Positions 18,756 to 27,508 of a DNA stretch of 64,000 nt are shown one piece after another (the stretch's first letter is position 1; the number at the start of each line of letters is the position of its first letter). The position numbers and the translations under genes are program-made. Origin of the DNA: Pelagomonas calceolata (lineage: Eukaryota). The stretch spans positions 434,001 to 498,000 of the forward strand of contig CAKKNE010000002.1 in NCBI GenBank assembly GCA_918797485.1, read 5' to 3'. The notes beneath the pieces are model-generated. The model made no database searches. It was not told where the DNA came from and worked only from the letters and a program-made list of their open reading frames with translations.

Positions 18756-21192
18756 TTAAAATATCCGCGAGTACTTCTTGATCTCGTCCAGGATCGTCGC
18801 AGTCGGCACGAAGTCGCCGGCGAAGGGCACGTCGTCCCCCCCGTTTTTGCGGACGATCTCCTGGAAGCGCGTGTAGTACAAAAGCAGCTGCATGAAAACC
18901 TGCTTCAAGACTTCGACGCCGTTGACGAAGTTCGCGAAGAGCCGCAGCACGTCCGCGTTCGCGGCCGCGATGGCCGCGCGCCACGACGCCGCGAAGCTCT
19001 TGGCGAGCGCCGCCGCCTGGCCCAGGTCCAATTGTGCGTCCGCCGACCGCTCGGCGCCGCGCACGAAGTCGATCAGGTCGGCGAAGGCCTCGCGGAGCGC
19101 GTCCTCGACGAACGCCTCGCGCTCTGCGTGAAGCTTGTTCAGCCAGAATAGGACGTCACTCTCGTGGGCCGAGACGTCCCTCTCCGCAAAAATCGAGCAG
19201 ATGAGGTCATAGTTGTTCACGAGGAAGACGCGTTTGGCTTTGTCCTTCTTGAGGCGCCGCGCGAGCCGCAGTAACCTGTGTGGAAATCAAATTTTACGGC
19301 GCGTTCGTGCTGAATCGTCGCGTCGTCCTCCACGCCATCGACGCGACGCCTGCTCGATAGCGTGGCGGTGCCGGTTCATTACCGCTCGACGGAGCCAGCA
19401 ATGCCGCGTCATCGCCGAGAAATGACTTAGTGAAGAATTGTCGGGCGCACCCGACGTACTGGTTTGATTTCCACACAGGCAGTAACAATTCGGCCGTGCG
19501 CTCGCGCAGCTCCTCCATCAACGACGCGGCCTGCGCCGCCGCCGACGCGGCGCCGTTCGTCGGAGCGGACGCGGTACTCGAGACCGACGACCGCCGCGAC
19601 GCGAACTCCACGATCTTCCGCAGCGCCGGCGACGCCGGCGACGCCGCGGGACTCGCGGGCGGCGAGGCCGCGTCCGCGTCGCGCGCGGCGGCCGCGCGGC
19701 ACTCGTCGGGGAAGAGCGCCAACACCGTGGCGTGCAGCTCGCCGTAGCGGCGCGCGACGTAGTGCGGCGCCGTCGACACGACGCCGAGGCGACTCAACTC
19801 CGCCTTTTTGACACCTTCCAGGTTCTGGGTTAGAATCGTGAGCAGCCGCGGCCGCACCAAGGCCTCGCAGTCCCCGAGGAAGGCGTCGAGGGCCGACGCC
19901 GTCGGCGCGGGGCCCCGCGTCGCCCGCGTCCGCGCGCGCTCGATGAGCCGCACGACGAGCAACAGGCCCACGGCGTCGTGGCACGCAAACAACTTGTTCT
20001 CGAGGTGTTCTAAAGTTGCGGAGAAGGCCCGCCTAAAAATTGCTTGCAACGTCGACTGCACGGCGGGCGAACTCTGGTCCGCCCCATGCAGGAACGCCGT
20101 CACGAAGTGCGTCTCCGACAGCGCCGCGTCGGCGAGGTGCCGCAACGACGACCGAAATAATTCCTCAAAGGGGTAGCGCCGGTTCTCCTTGATGGCCACG
20201 TGAACCAACAAAGGGGGCTCGTCCATGCGTTTCAGCACCCCTGCTCTATCTCCTAGCGAGAAGCCGTCGCCTCTTTTGGCCAGGGAGACGCGCCCCGTCA
20301 GCGCGTACCTCACGGCGTCCTCGGGCACGGCGACCACATCATTACGGTCCGCGACCGCCAGATCCAACTTCTCGAGCTCGGCGTGGTACGCCCGAAATAG
20401 GGCGTGGAGCGTGCGCGCCATGCGGTCCACGTAGACGTCCTTGACGTGGTTCGCGACCTCGGGCGCGTGCCGCTCGAGAAATCTTTGCAAAGGCGCGAGC
20501 CGCGCGAGCCGCACGCGCTGGAGCTGGTGCACATTACTCGAATCGCGGTGCAGCTCGTCGATGCGCTCTAGCAGCTCATCTCCACATCTAGCGGTGGCTT
20601 TCCCCCTCAGCTTCTCCATGAGCGGCGCGAGGTCCCTACACGACCGCCAGTCGCGAGAGAAAGAAACATCATCATGACTCTCGGCCGCGAAGCCCAGCGT
20701 CTCGTCCAGGGCCGCCACGGCCTCGACGAACGAATCGTCGACGGCGCCGTCGCAGATGACCGACGCGTGCCGCGGGTCCAGGGCGACGCGCTTCAAAAAG
20801 CCACCCAACTTCGCCTCGGCCGCGCGTCTATTTTTAAGTTTCGTCGCCATAGATCGGCTCTCCGACCGCAACGATTTCAGATCGCGCGACGCGGACCCCA
20901 GATCGGCCTCGAAGCCCAGGAGCCGCTCCTGCATCTCGGCGAGGATGCCGTCGCATCGCTGCAGTTGCGCGTGGAGGTCCGCGACCCTAGAAGATTGCCG
21001 CACGTAGTCCCGGACCGACCCGACCTCGACCTCTCTTAATTCTCTTTCGATCTCGAGCGTCCTTTCTTTAAGCTTGCTTCCGGGCTGGAGTAAAGCTTGC
21101 GCGATGGCTGGGTCGCTCTCGAGCGCATGCCGGATGTCCTCGGCGAACTCGTCCGCCGAGAACGCGGCGTCGCTCGCCGGCGCGGCGGTCAT
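18756..21192 (-). CDS. VPS52: GARP/EARP complex subunit Vps52; 2 exons: 21192-19487 and 19275-18756
   Basis: N-terminal coiled coil (SVRDY...CDGILAEMQERLLGFEADLG), PFEELFRS, PHYVARRYGE. After intron removal the frame continues ELLLRLARRLKKDKAKRVFLVNNYDLI...FMQLLLYYTRF...EIKKY. Confidence 0.9.
19276..19486 (-). mobile_element. Introner element 4 (GT-AG intron on the minus strand, 211 nt; TIR element 19276-19478)
   Basis: TIRs at 19276 and 19478; perfect TSD GCAGTAAC at 19268-19275 and 19479-19486 (GTTACTGC on the gene strand); interior homologous to element 2. Confidence 0.93.
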
Positions 21193-21200
21193 TTTTCTTG

Positions 21201-21306
21201 CGGCTGCGCGTCACCGACGGCTGCGCGTCACCGACGGCTGCGCGTCACCGACAACTGCGCGTCACCGATGACTCGCGTCACCGACGGCTGCGCGTAACCG
21301 CGGCTG
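21201..21306. repeat. 17-bp tandem minisatellite (CGGCTGCGCGTCACCGA x ~6) just upstream of the VPS52 ATG
   Basis: Units at 21201, 21218, 21235, 21252, 21269 and 21285, head to tail with no spacers. Confidence 0.9.
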
Positions 21307-21701
21307 TGGACGCGCGGGCAGCAGCCACGGTTTCACACTTAGCGTCGCCCTGGCCAGCTCGCAGCCTTTGCGAGACTTTTTTTGGGATTAAACGAGAGTG
21401 ATGCTTGGCTCCCAGAGGCCCAAGCGCGCTAGATAGCGCAATCCGGCCAAAAATCGGCTGGAAAAAACCCGTATATATGTGTTTTGCCGCGGCGATTTTG
21501 CGATTTTGGCATTTTGCACGCGCTAGCGCATTGACCACCCATACGAGCGTCAAAGCAGCTGCTAGGGCTTACGTTTTGCCGCCGCAGCGCTGTACGTTGC
21601 TTCATTGGACCGCGTAATCGGCAGGAGCAACACAAGCTGTCATAGTTACACTTGCCGCTGCGCTGCGCTGCGACTGTTAGACGTCGGTTTAGACAGCCAT
21701 A

Positions 21702-22757
21702 ATGCGCCGCAATCGCCGCCGCAGCCGCCTGCGGCGCGTCGTGGTGGTCGTTGTCACGGCGTCCTCGAACGCGTTCCGAGCGCTTACAAGAGCACCGAAA
21801 CGGGCGCAGCTGCGGCGCCACGCCGCCGCCGTCGGCAAGTACGGCCAGCACGGCGCCGAGGTGACGGGCAAGGTCGCGTTCCAGGGCGAGCACGGCGCGT
21901 ACAGCGAGGAGGCCGTCTTCCAGCACTTCGGCGACGCCGTGGCCACGCTGCCGTGCCAGTCGTTCGAGGATTTATTTGCCGCGGTCGAGTCGGGCGAGGC
22001 CGCGTACGGCATGCTGCCCATGGAGAACTCGCAGGCCGGCAGCATCAACAAGGCGTATGATCTGCTCATGGACTTTGATTTAAGAGTTCACGGCGAGACA
22101 ATATTGAGAGTGCAGCACGCGCTCATGGCGCTGCCGCGCGAGGACGGCGAGGCGAACCCGTTGAAAGTACGGAGCCACCCGCAGGCCCTCGCGCAGTGCG
22201 AGAACTTCCTCAAGTCGAATGGATTGGCGGCGCAGGCCGGCGCGGACACCGCGGGCTCGGCGAAGGAAATTGCTGATGGCAATTTGCGGGACGTCGCGGC
22301 CATCTGTTCAAGATTAGCGGCGACGCGCTACGGCCTCAAGATCCTGCAGCTGGGCATCGAGGACAACAAGTTTAATTTTACGCGCTTCTGGGTCTTGGCG
22401 AAGGGCGACGCGGCGACGCCGACGACACCGAAGACGTCTGTGGTTTTTGCCGTCTCGGACAAGCCCGGGTCCTTGGTCGCCGCTCTAGAAGAGTTCGGCC
22501 GGCGCAACGTCAACCTGGTCAAGCTCGAGTCGCGGCCGCGGCGGCGCACGGCCATGCCGGGCTTCAACTACATCTTCTACCTCGACTTTTTGGGACATCA
22601 CGCGGACGACGCCTGCCGGGACGCGCTGCTCGGATTACTGTCGAGCTGCGCCTTCGTCAAGCTGCTGGGGTCCTACGACGCGGCGCCGCCGCTCGCGGAG
22701 CAGCTCGCGGACGAGAGCGAGGGGCCCGTCAACGACCCGACGCTCATGCAGATCTAG
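21702..22757 (+). CDS. Prephenate/arogenate dehydratase with ACT domain
   Basis: VAFQGEHGAYSEEA, LPMENSQAGS, SHPQALAQC, NFTRF, NLVKLESRP, FYLDF; N-terminal targeting-like extension. Start codon uncertain. Confidence 0.93.
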   Translation: MRRNRRRSRLRRVVVVVVTASSNAFRALTRAPKRAQLRRHAAAVGKYGQHGAEVTGKVAFQGEHGAYSEEAVFQHFGDAVATLPCQSFEDLFAAVESGEAAYGMLPMENSQAGSINKAYDLLMDFDLRVHGETILRVQHALMALPREDGEANPLKVRSHPQALAQCENFLKSNGLAAQAGADTAGSAKEIADGNLRDVAAICSRLAATRYGLKILQLGIEDNKFNFTRFWVLAKGDAATPTTPKTSVVFAVSDKPGSLVAALEEFGRRNVNLVKLESRPRRRTAMPGFNYIFYLDFLGHHADDACRDALLGLLSSCAFVKLLGSYDAAPPLAEQLADESEGPVNDPTLMQI

Positions 22758-23710
22758 GCTCGTTTAAACAAGGTTTCATTTTTACACACAACAGAATCCT
22801 CCTCCGAGAGCCACTTCACCGCGTTCGCGCTCGTCGTTTTCGCAGTCTGCGTGGGCGTCCACCCGCGCGCCGTCGCGACGAGCTGGACGGCGCGGCACGT
22901 CGCGACGCGGGCGGCGGCCGCGTCGTCGACATCACTCTCGACCAAGATGCGGTCCTCGGGCACGGCGCGGATCGCGTCGTCCAGCGCCGCGAGCCCGCGG
23001 CGGCCGTTCATCGCTACGTTGATCGTGTGACTGAAGCCAAAGAACAGCGGATAGTCGACCAACGCCAGCAGTTCTTTTACGTGATGCGCCGTGCCGCTGA
23101 ACGAGTGCAGGGCCACCGCAAAACCTGGCGTCGCCTCAACGGCCCCGAGCGCGGCTTTTAGGGGGGCGTGCTGCTTGACGGCGTGCACGGAGGCCGGCCG
23201 CCCGAGCCGCGCCGCCAACCTCAACTGCGCGTCGAAGACGGCTCGCTGCTGCGCCAGGCCCCGTTCGCGCTCCTCCTTCGCGCCTCTTACGTTCTTGGCG
23301 CACTTGCACAGACCGATCTCCCCGACGATCGCCGCGGGGTGCTCTGCCAAATTGGAAGCGAGTCGTCCGACGAACGCGTCGACGTCGTCGACCAAGTGCG
23401 CCTGCCACGGGTGCACGCCGAGGCCGGGCCGTAAACGAGGTGAAGCGCAGGCGGCCAGCACGGTCGGCCAGTTCGCCTCCTCCGTCGCTTGCGTGATGCC
23501 GGCGTACCTCCCGTCCGCCGCCGCGAACGTGTGGCAGTGCGAGTCGAAGACGAGAGCTGTGGCGAGCTCCGGCGGCAGCTCGTCCAACTGCGGCGCGACG
23601 TAGTCGTCGTCGTCGTCGTCGTCGAGCTGGAGCGGTGCGCAGCACGGGCAGGAGATTTTGAGGTTCGCGAAGGCGCCCGGCACGCTCATCGCCGCTGCGA
23701 GCTCGGCCAT
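22754..23710 (-). CDS. TatD-family deoxyribonuclease
   Basis: DSHCH, GVHPW, VGEIGL, SVH, LHSFSG, ILVESD. Confidence 0.88.
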   Translation of the reverse strand: MAELAAAMSVPGAFANLKISCPCCAPLQLDDDDDDDYVAPQLDELPPELATALVFDSHCHTFAAADGRYAGITQATEEANWPTVLAACASPRLRPGLGVHPWQAHLVDDVDAFVGRLASNLAEHPAAIVGEIGLCKCAKNVRGAKEERERGLAQQRAVFDAQLRLAARLGRPASVHAVKQHAPLKAALGAVEATPGFAVALHSFSGTAHHVKELLALVDYPLFFGFSHTINVAMNGRRGLAALDDAIRAVPEDRILVESDVDDAAAARVATCRAVQLVATARGWTPTQTAKTTSANAVKWLSEEDSVVCKNETLFKRA

Positions 23711-24016
23711 TAGGGCTGGTTACGCATTTCTAAGCATTGCTATATGTCACATTCGCATCGGTACGTGTGCATTAGGTCGTTTTTTGCAAGGAGAGCCCTG
23801 GCACTTGCAGCGGCGACAGAGCCATTTTGCCGCGACGCTGCGCGCGAGCAGGCAGTTGAACGCGCGGCGGGCTTCGTTCCGGACGCATACGTGAGCAACA
23901 ACATCTCGCTGACAAAGAAACGCGCGCGACGCTCCTGTGAGCAGGCCAAGCAGCAAGAGTGTACTTGCAAAAATCGCCGGCGTCACGTCATTGCGGCGCA
24001 CAACGACCTCAGGAGC

Positions 24017-24940
24017 ATGCACCGGTTACTGCGGCACACGACGAGACGCATCGCACAACAGCAGCGCCGGACCATCACCGTCCTGCGCACGTCCGACGAC
24101 GTCCGAACGTGGCGCAGTAAAGCAAGCGGCACCGTGGGCCTCGTGCCGACCATGGGCGCGCTGCACGAGGGCCACGCAGCTTTAGCGCAGCGCGCGGCGG
24201 CGGAGAACGACTGCAGCATCGCGTCGGTCTTCGTGAACCCGACGCAGTTCGCGCCGACGGACGATTTGGACCAGTACCCGCGCGCGCTGGAACGGGACCT
24301 CGAGACGCTGGAGGAGGCGGGCGTCGACGCGTGCTTCGCGCCGCGGACGCCGGACGAGTTGTACGCCGAGGGCGTCGACGGCGGGTTTAGGGTGATTCCG
24401 CCGGCGGACGTCGAGACGCGCGCCGAGGCGTCGGCGCGGCCGGGGCACTTCGCCGGCGTCTGCACGGTCGTCGCGAAGCTCTGGAACCTGGCGCGGCCGG
24501 ACCGCAGTTACTTCGGCCAGAAGGACGCGCTGCAGTGCGCCGTCCTGCGGCGGCTCCACGCGGATCTGTGTTTCCCCGGCGAGATGATCGTGTGCGACAC
24601 GCAGCGCGCCGACGACGGGCTCGCGTTAAGCTCGCGAAACGCCTACCTGAGCGAGGCGGAGCGCCGCGCGGCGCCCGTCGTCTACGCGGCGCTCGCGCGC
24701 GCCGAGGCGGCCTGGCGCGGCGGCGAGGCCGCGGCGTCGCGCATCGCGGCGGCCGCGCGCGAGGCGCTGGCGGCGGAGCCGCTCGTGTCGTCCGTGGACT
24801 ACGTGTCCGTCGCCGACTACGCGTCGATGGAGGAGCTCGACGAGGTGCCCGCGCCCGGCCATCGAGACGTAGCCGCCGTCATCTCCGTCGCGGCGCGCGT
24901 CGGCGGCGTGCGCCTCATCGACAACCTGCCCCTGCGGTAG
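24017..24940 (+). CDS. panC: Pantoate-beta-alanine ligase (pantothenate synthetase) with a mitochondrial-type presequence
   Basis: VPTMGALHEGH, SVFVNPTQF, RPGHFAGV, FGQKD, DGLALSSRNAYL, VRLIDN. Confidence 0.95.
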   Translation: MHRLLRHTTRRIAQQQRRTITVLRTSDDVRTWRSKASGTVGLVPTMGALHEGHAALAQRAAAENDCSIASVFVNPTQFAPTDDLDQYPRALERDLETLEEAGVDACFAPRTPDELYAEGVDGGFRVIPPADVETRAEASARPGHFAGVCTVVAKLWNLARPDRSYFGQKDALQCAVLRRLHADLCFPGEMIVCDTQRADDGLALSSRNAYLSEAERRAAPVVYAALARAEAAWRGGEAAASRIAAAAREALAAEPLVSSVDYVSVADYASMEELDEVPAPGHRDVAAVISVAARVGGVRLIDNLPLR

Positions 24941-25015
24941 TAAGATTATCAAAGTATTCATGGAGGCGGTAGCCCGAGCTCGAGCTCTGCCCCTGCGGTA
25001 GTAAGTTTAGCAAAA

Positions 25016-26443
25016 TTACGGGGCCGGCAGCCCGAGCTCGAGCGCCTTGGCGCGCGCAAACTCCGCCTCCGTGAGCGCGCCGGACGCGCGGAGATGTGCG
25101 AGCGTCGCGAGCCGGTCCGTGACGGAAGATGGCGCCGCAGGCGGTGCGGGCGGTGCGGGCGGTGCGGGCGGTGCGGGCGGCACCGGCGCCGGAGGCGGCG
25201 CGAGGTCGACGACGACGCGGCGCGCGGCGCCGGGCGCCGGCCCGCGGGCGCCGGCTGCGCAGAGCGGCGGCGCCCCGGCGCGCGCGACGACCACGGCGGC
25301 GAGGCGGCCGCCGTCCGCGGCCAGGGCGCGGACGCGGCCGTCGCCGCCGAGGCGGACGGCGGGCCGCGGCGCGAGGTCCGCCTCCGCGAACACGGCCACG
25401 GCGCGCTGCGGGTCGAAGGAGCTCGCCACGGCGACCGCGTCGCCCACCTCCGCGACGGCGTCGACGACGGTGACGCCGCGCGGCAGCGCGTCGATCCTCG
25501 CCGTCGCGGCCACGCGCCATTGATCTTCGTACTCGATGCGTGATATTGTGGGTCGCGGCGCCTCCGGCGGTGCCGCCGCCGCGCCGCCGCCGCCGACGAG
25601 GAGCCCAGCGGGGATGAGGCCGCCGCCGAAGCCCGTGTCGCGCGTCTCGGCGCGGCCGACGTACCCGTCGCTGGCGCGCACCTTCATGTCGTCCGCCCGG
25701 GCCGCCTCGCGCGTCAGCAGGCCCGCGTCCGCGACGCAGACGAAGCCGTAGCCCGCCACGGCGACGCCCCGGCACGGCGTTTTTACGACCATTTCTGTAC
25801 ATCCTGATCCACTGTCCCAGATGGTGAGGCCGCCCGCGCCCGCGACTGCGAGGTCCCCCCCGAGTTTCCAGGCCAGGGCGCGACCCGCACCGCCGACCGA
25901 GAAGTGTGCTATGGGCGCCAAGCCCTCGTCGAGGACATCGACTACCGTGCCGGCGCAGCGCGCTATGTACGAATTTCCGACTGCCGCATTTTCGACTGCC
26001 GCGACCAGCACCGTCCCCGCTGCGGCCAGGCCCGCGCAGGTCTTCCGCGGCGCCACGACGCGCCAGCCACCGGCCCCGTCGCGCGCGAGGCGCCACCGCG
26101 CGCACGAATCGCCCCACGCCGCCACGACGAGCACCTCATTTCCAGGGAGATCACACGCTGCGACGGCTGCGGCGGCCGGCGCCTCCATCAGCACCGTGCT
26201 CGCCCCGCTGTCGAGGTCCACGAGCTCGACGCTGTTCGACGGCCGCACGACGGCCAGGCAGCGGTGCGACGCCACGTAGCCGTGACTCGACACGTGGGCG
26301 ACGTCGCCGAGTTCCGCATCTGTGGTTGCTTGCTCGACGACGGGCGGTGCTGCCGTGCTCGACGGCTTGCGCAGCTTTTGGTCTATTTGCGTGATCGCTG
26401 CGTTGACGTCCTTGGTGGCTGCGAGGAGGTCGGTGAGGTCCAT
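25016..26443 (-). CDS. Hypothetical beta-propeller-like protein with a C-terminal SHOCT-like domain
   Basis: Beta-rich body, PAP linker, C-terminal DRLATLAHLRASGALTEAEFARAKALEL. Confidence 0.6.
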   Translation of the reverse strand: MDLTDLLAATKDVNAAITQIDQKLRKPSSTAAPPVVEQATTDAELGDVAHVSSHGYVASHRCLAVVRPSNSVELVDLDSGASTVLMEAPAAAAVAACDLPGNEVLVVAAWGDSCARWRLARDGAGGWRVVAPRKTCAGLAAAGTVLVAAVENAAVGNSYIARCAGTVVDVLDEGLAPIAHFSVGGAGRALAWKLGGDLAVAGAGGLTIWDSGSGCTEMVVKTPCRGVAVAGYGFVCVADAGLLTREAARADDMKVRASDGYVGRAETRDTGFGGGLIPAGLLVGGGGAAAAPPEAPRPTISRIEYEDQWRVAATARIDALPRGVTVVDAVAEVGDAVAVASSFDPQRAVAVFAEADLAPRPAVRLGGDGRVRALAADGGRLAAVVVARAGAPPLCAAGARGPAPGAARRVVVDLAPPPAPVPPAPPAPPAPPAPPAAPSSVTDRLATLAHLRASGALTEAEFARAKALELGLPAP

Positions 26444-26620
26444 TGCTAATCCCTTATCTATTTGTGGTGATCTATACGCCGTCCCAGCGCTTGAACGCGT
26501 GGGCGAATTGGTCCGGATAGACGCAGCACTGCTGGTTCTCGCCGACGCGGCAACTACGCTGCCTTAGTTTGATCGATGCGATCGCTGCAAGGCAAAAAAT
26601 GGCGGTCGAAGACTCCGGAG

Positions 26621-26643
26621 CTAGTGGCATAGTAAGACACTAG
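26621..26643 (-). promoter_or_regulatory. 22-bp upstream element (23-bp variant)
   Basis: + strand ctagtggcatagtaagacactag, between divergent genes, 178 bp from ATG 26443. Confidence 0.62.
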
Positions 26644-26900
26644 CGCCAAAAAGGCCGCGTCGACCTCTCGGCAACTCATCTCGCGCGCACGGCAAGCCAC
26701 GCGCACCAAACGTGGTCCAAACGCACTTATACGTCACAGGCCAGCTTCTCAGGAAGCATCGGCCTCAAGCGAGCACAGCCTACCGCTTGACCTGCAGCGC
26801 CTGTGCTGAGTTTGAATAAACTTGGACGCGCACGCATCACCGCGCGGCCTCGCAACTCCTTAAATAGGACTCCTCGCACCCAGCGAACCGCCCAGCAACC

Positions 26901-27485
26901 ATGATACGCCTCAAGAAGAAAGCCGCGGCCGCCCCGAAAGAAGACGAGAAGATGGCCGACGCGCCCAAAACTAATGGAGAGGAGAAGGTGAGCATCCTCG
27001 GCATCGGCGGCCGCAAGGTCGCGAAGGCGACGGGCTCGAAGAAGCGCAAGACGCCCGGCGAGATCCGCATCCAGAAGGACATCGCGGAATTGGACGGTGG
27101 TGACGTGGCGCAGATCAAGTTTCCCAACGCGAACGACCTGACGAAATTCAACGTCATCGTGACGCCGGACACGGGCTTCTGGAAGGGCGCGACCTACCAC
27201 TTCACCTTCACGATCCCGGCCATGTACCCGCACGAGCCGCCGAAGGTCCACTGCGACACGAAGATCTTCCACCCGAACATCAACCTCGAGGGCAACGTCT
27301 GCCTCAACATCCTGCGCCAGGACTGGAAGCCGGTCCTCGACATCAACGCCGTCATCTACGGGTTGATCTACCTCTTCTACGAGCCGAACCCCGACGACCC
27401 CTTGAACAAGGAGGCGGCGCAGCTCTACCGGGACGACATCAAGATGTTCGGTCGGCACGTCGCGCGGACGCTGCCCCGCTCCTAG
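26901..27485 (+). CDS. UBC12: NEDD8-conjugating enzyme (Ubc12/UBE2M)
   Basis: MIRLKKK N-terminus, IRIQKDIAEL, HPNINLEGNVCLNILRQDWKPVL, EPNPDDPLNKEAA. Confidence 0.93.
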   Translation: MIRLKKKAAAAPKEDEKMADAPKTNGEEKVSILGIGGRKVAKATGSKKRKTPGEIRIQKDIAELDGGDVAQIKFPNANDLTKFNVIVTPDTGFWKGATYHFTFTIPAMYPHEPPKVHCDTKIFHPNINLEGNVCLNILRQDWKPVLDINAVIYGLIYLFYEPNPDDPLNKEAAQLYRDDIKMFGRHVARTLPRS

Positions 27486-27508
27486 GCGCTGTAATATGAC
27501 AAAATATA

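Noticed and set aside
21201..21306. CRISPR array
   Set aside because: The units are 17 bp, head to tail, with no unique spacers. There are no cas genes and the context is eukaryotic.
21702..24940. Bacterial operon or HGT island (prephenate dehydratase, TatD, PanC)
   Set aside because: The genes alternate in strand, two have organelle-targeting-like N-termini, and their composition matches the flanking eukaryotic genes.
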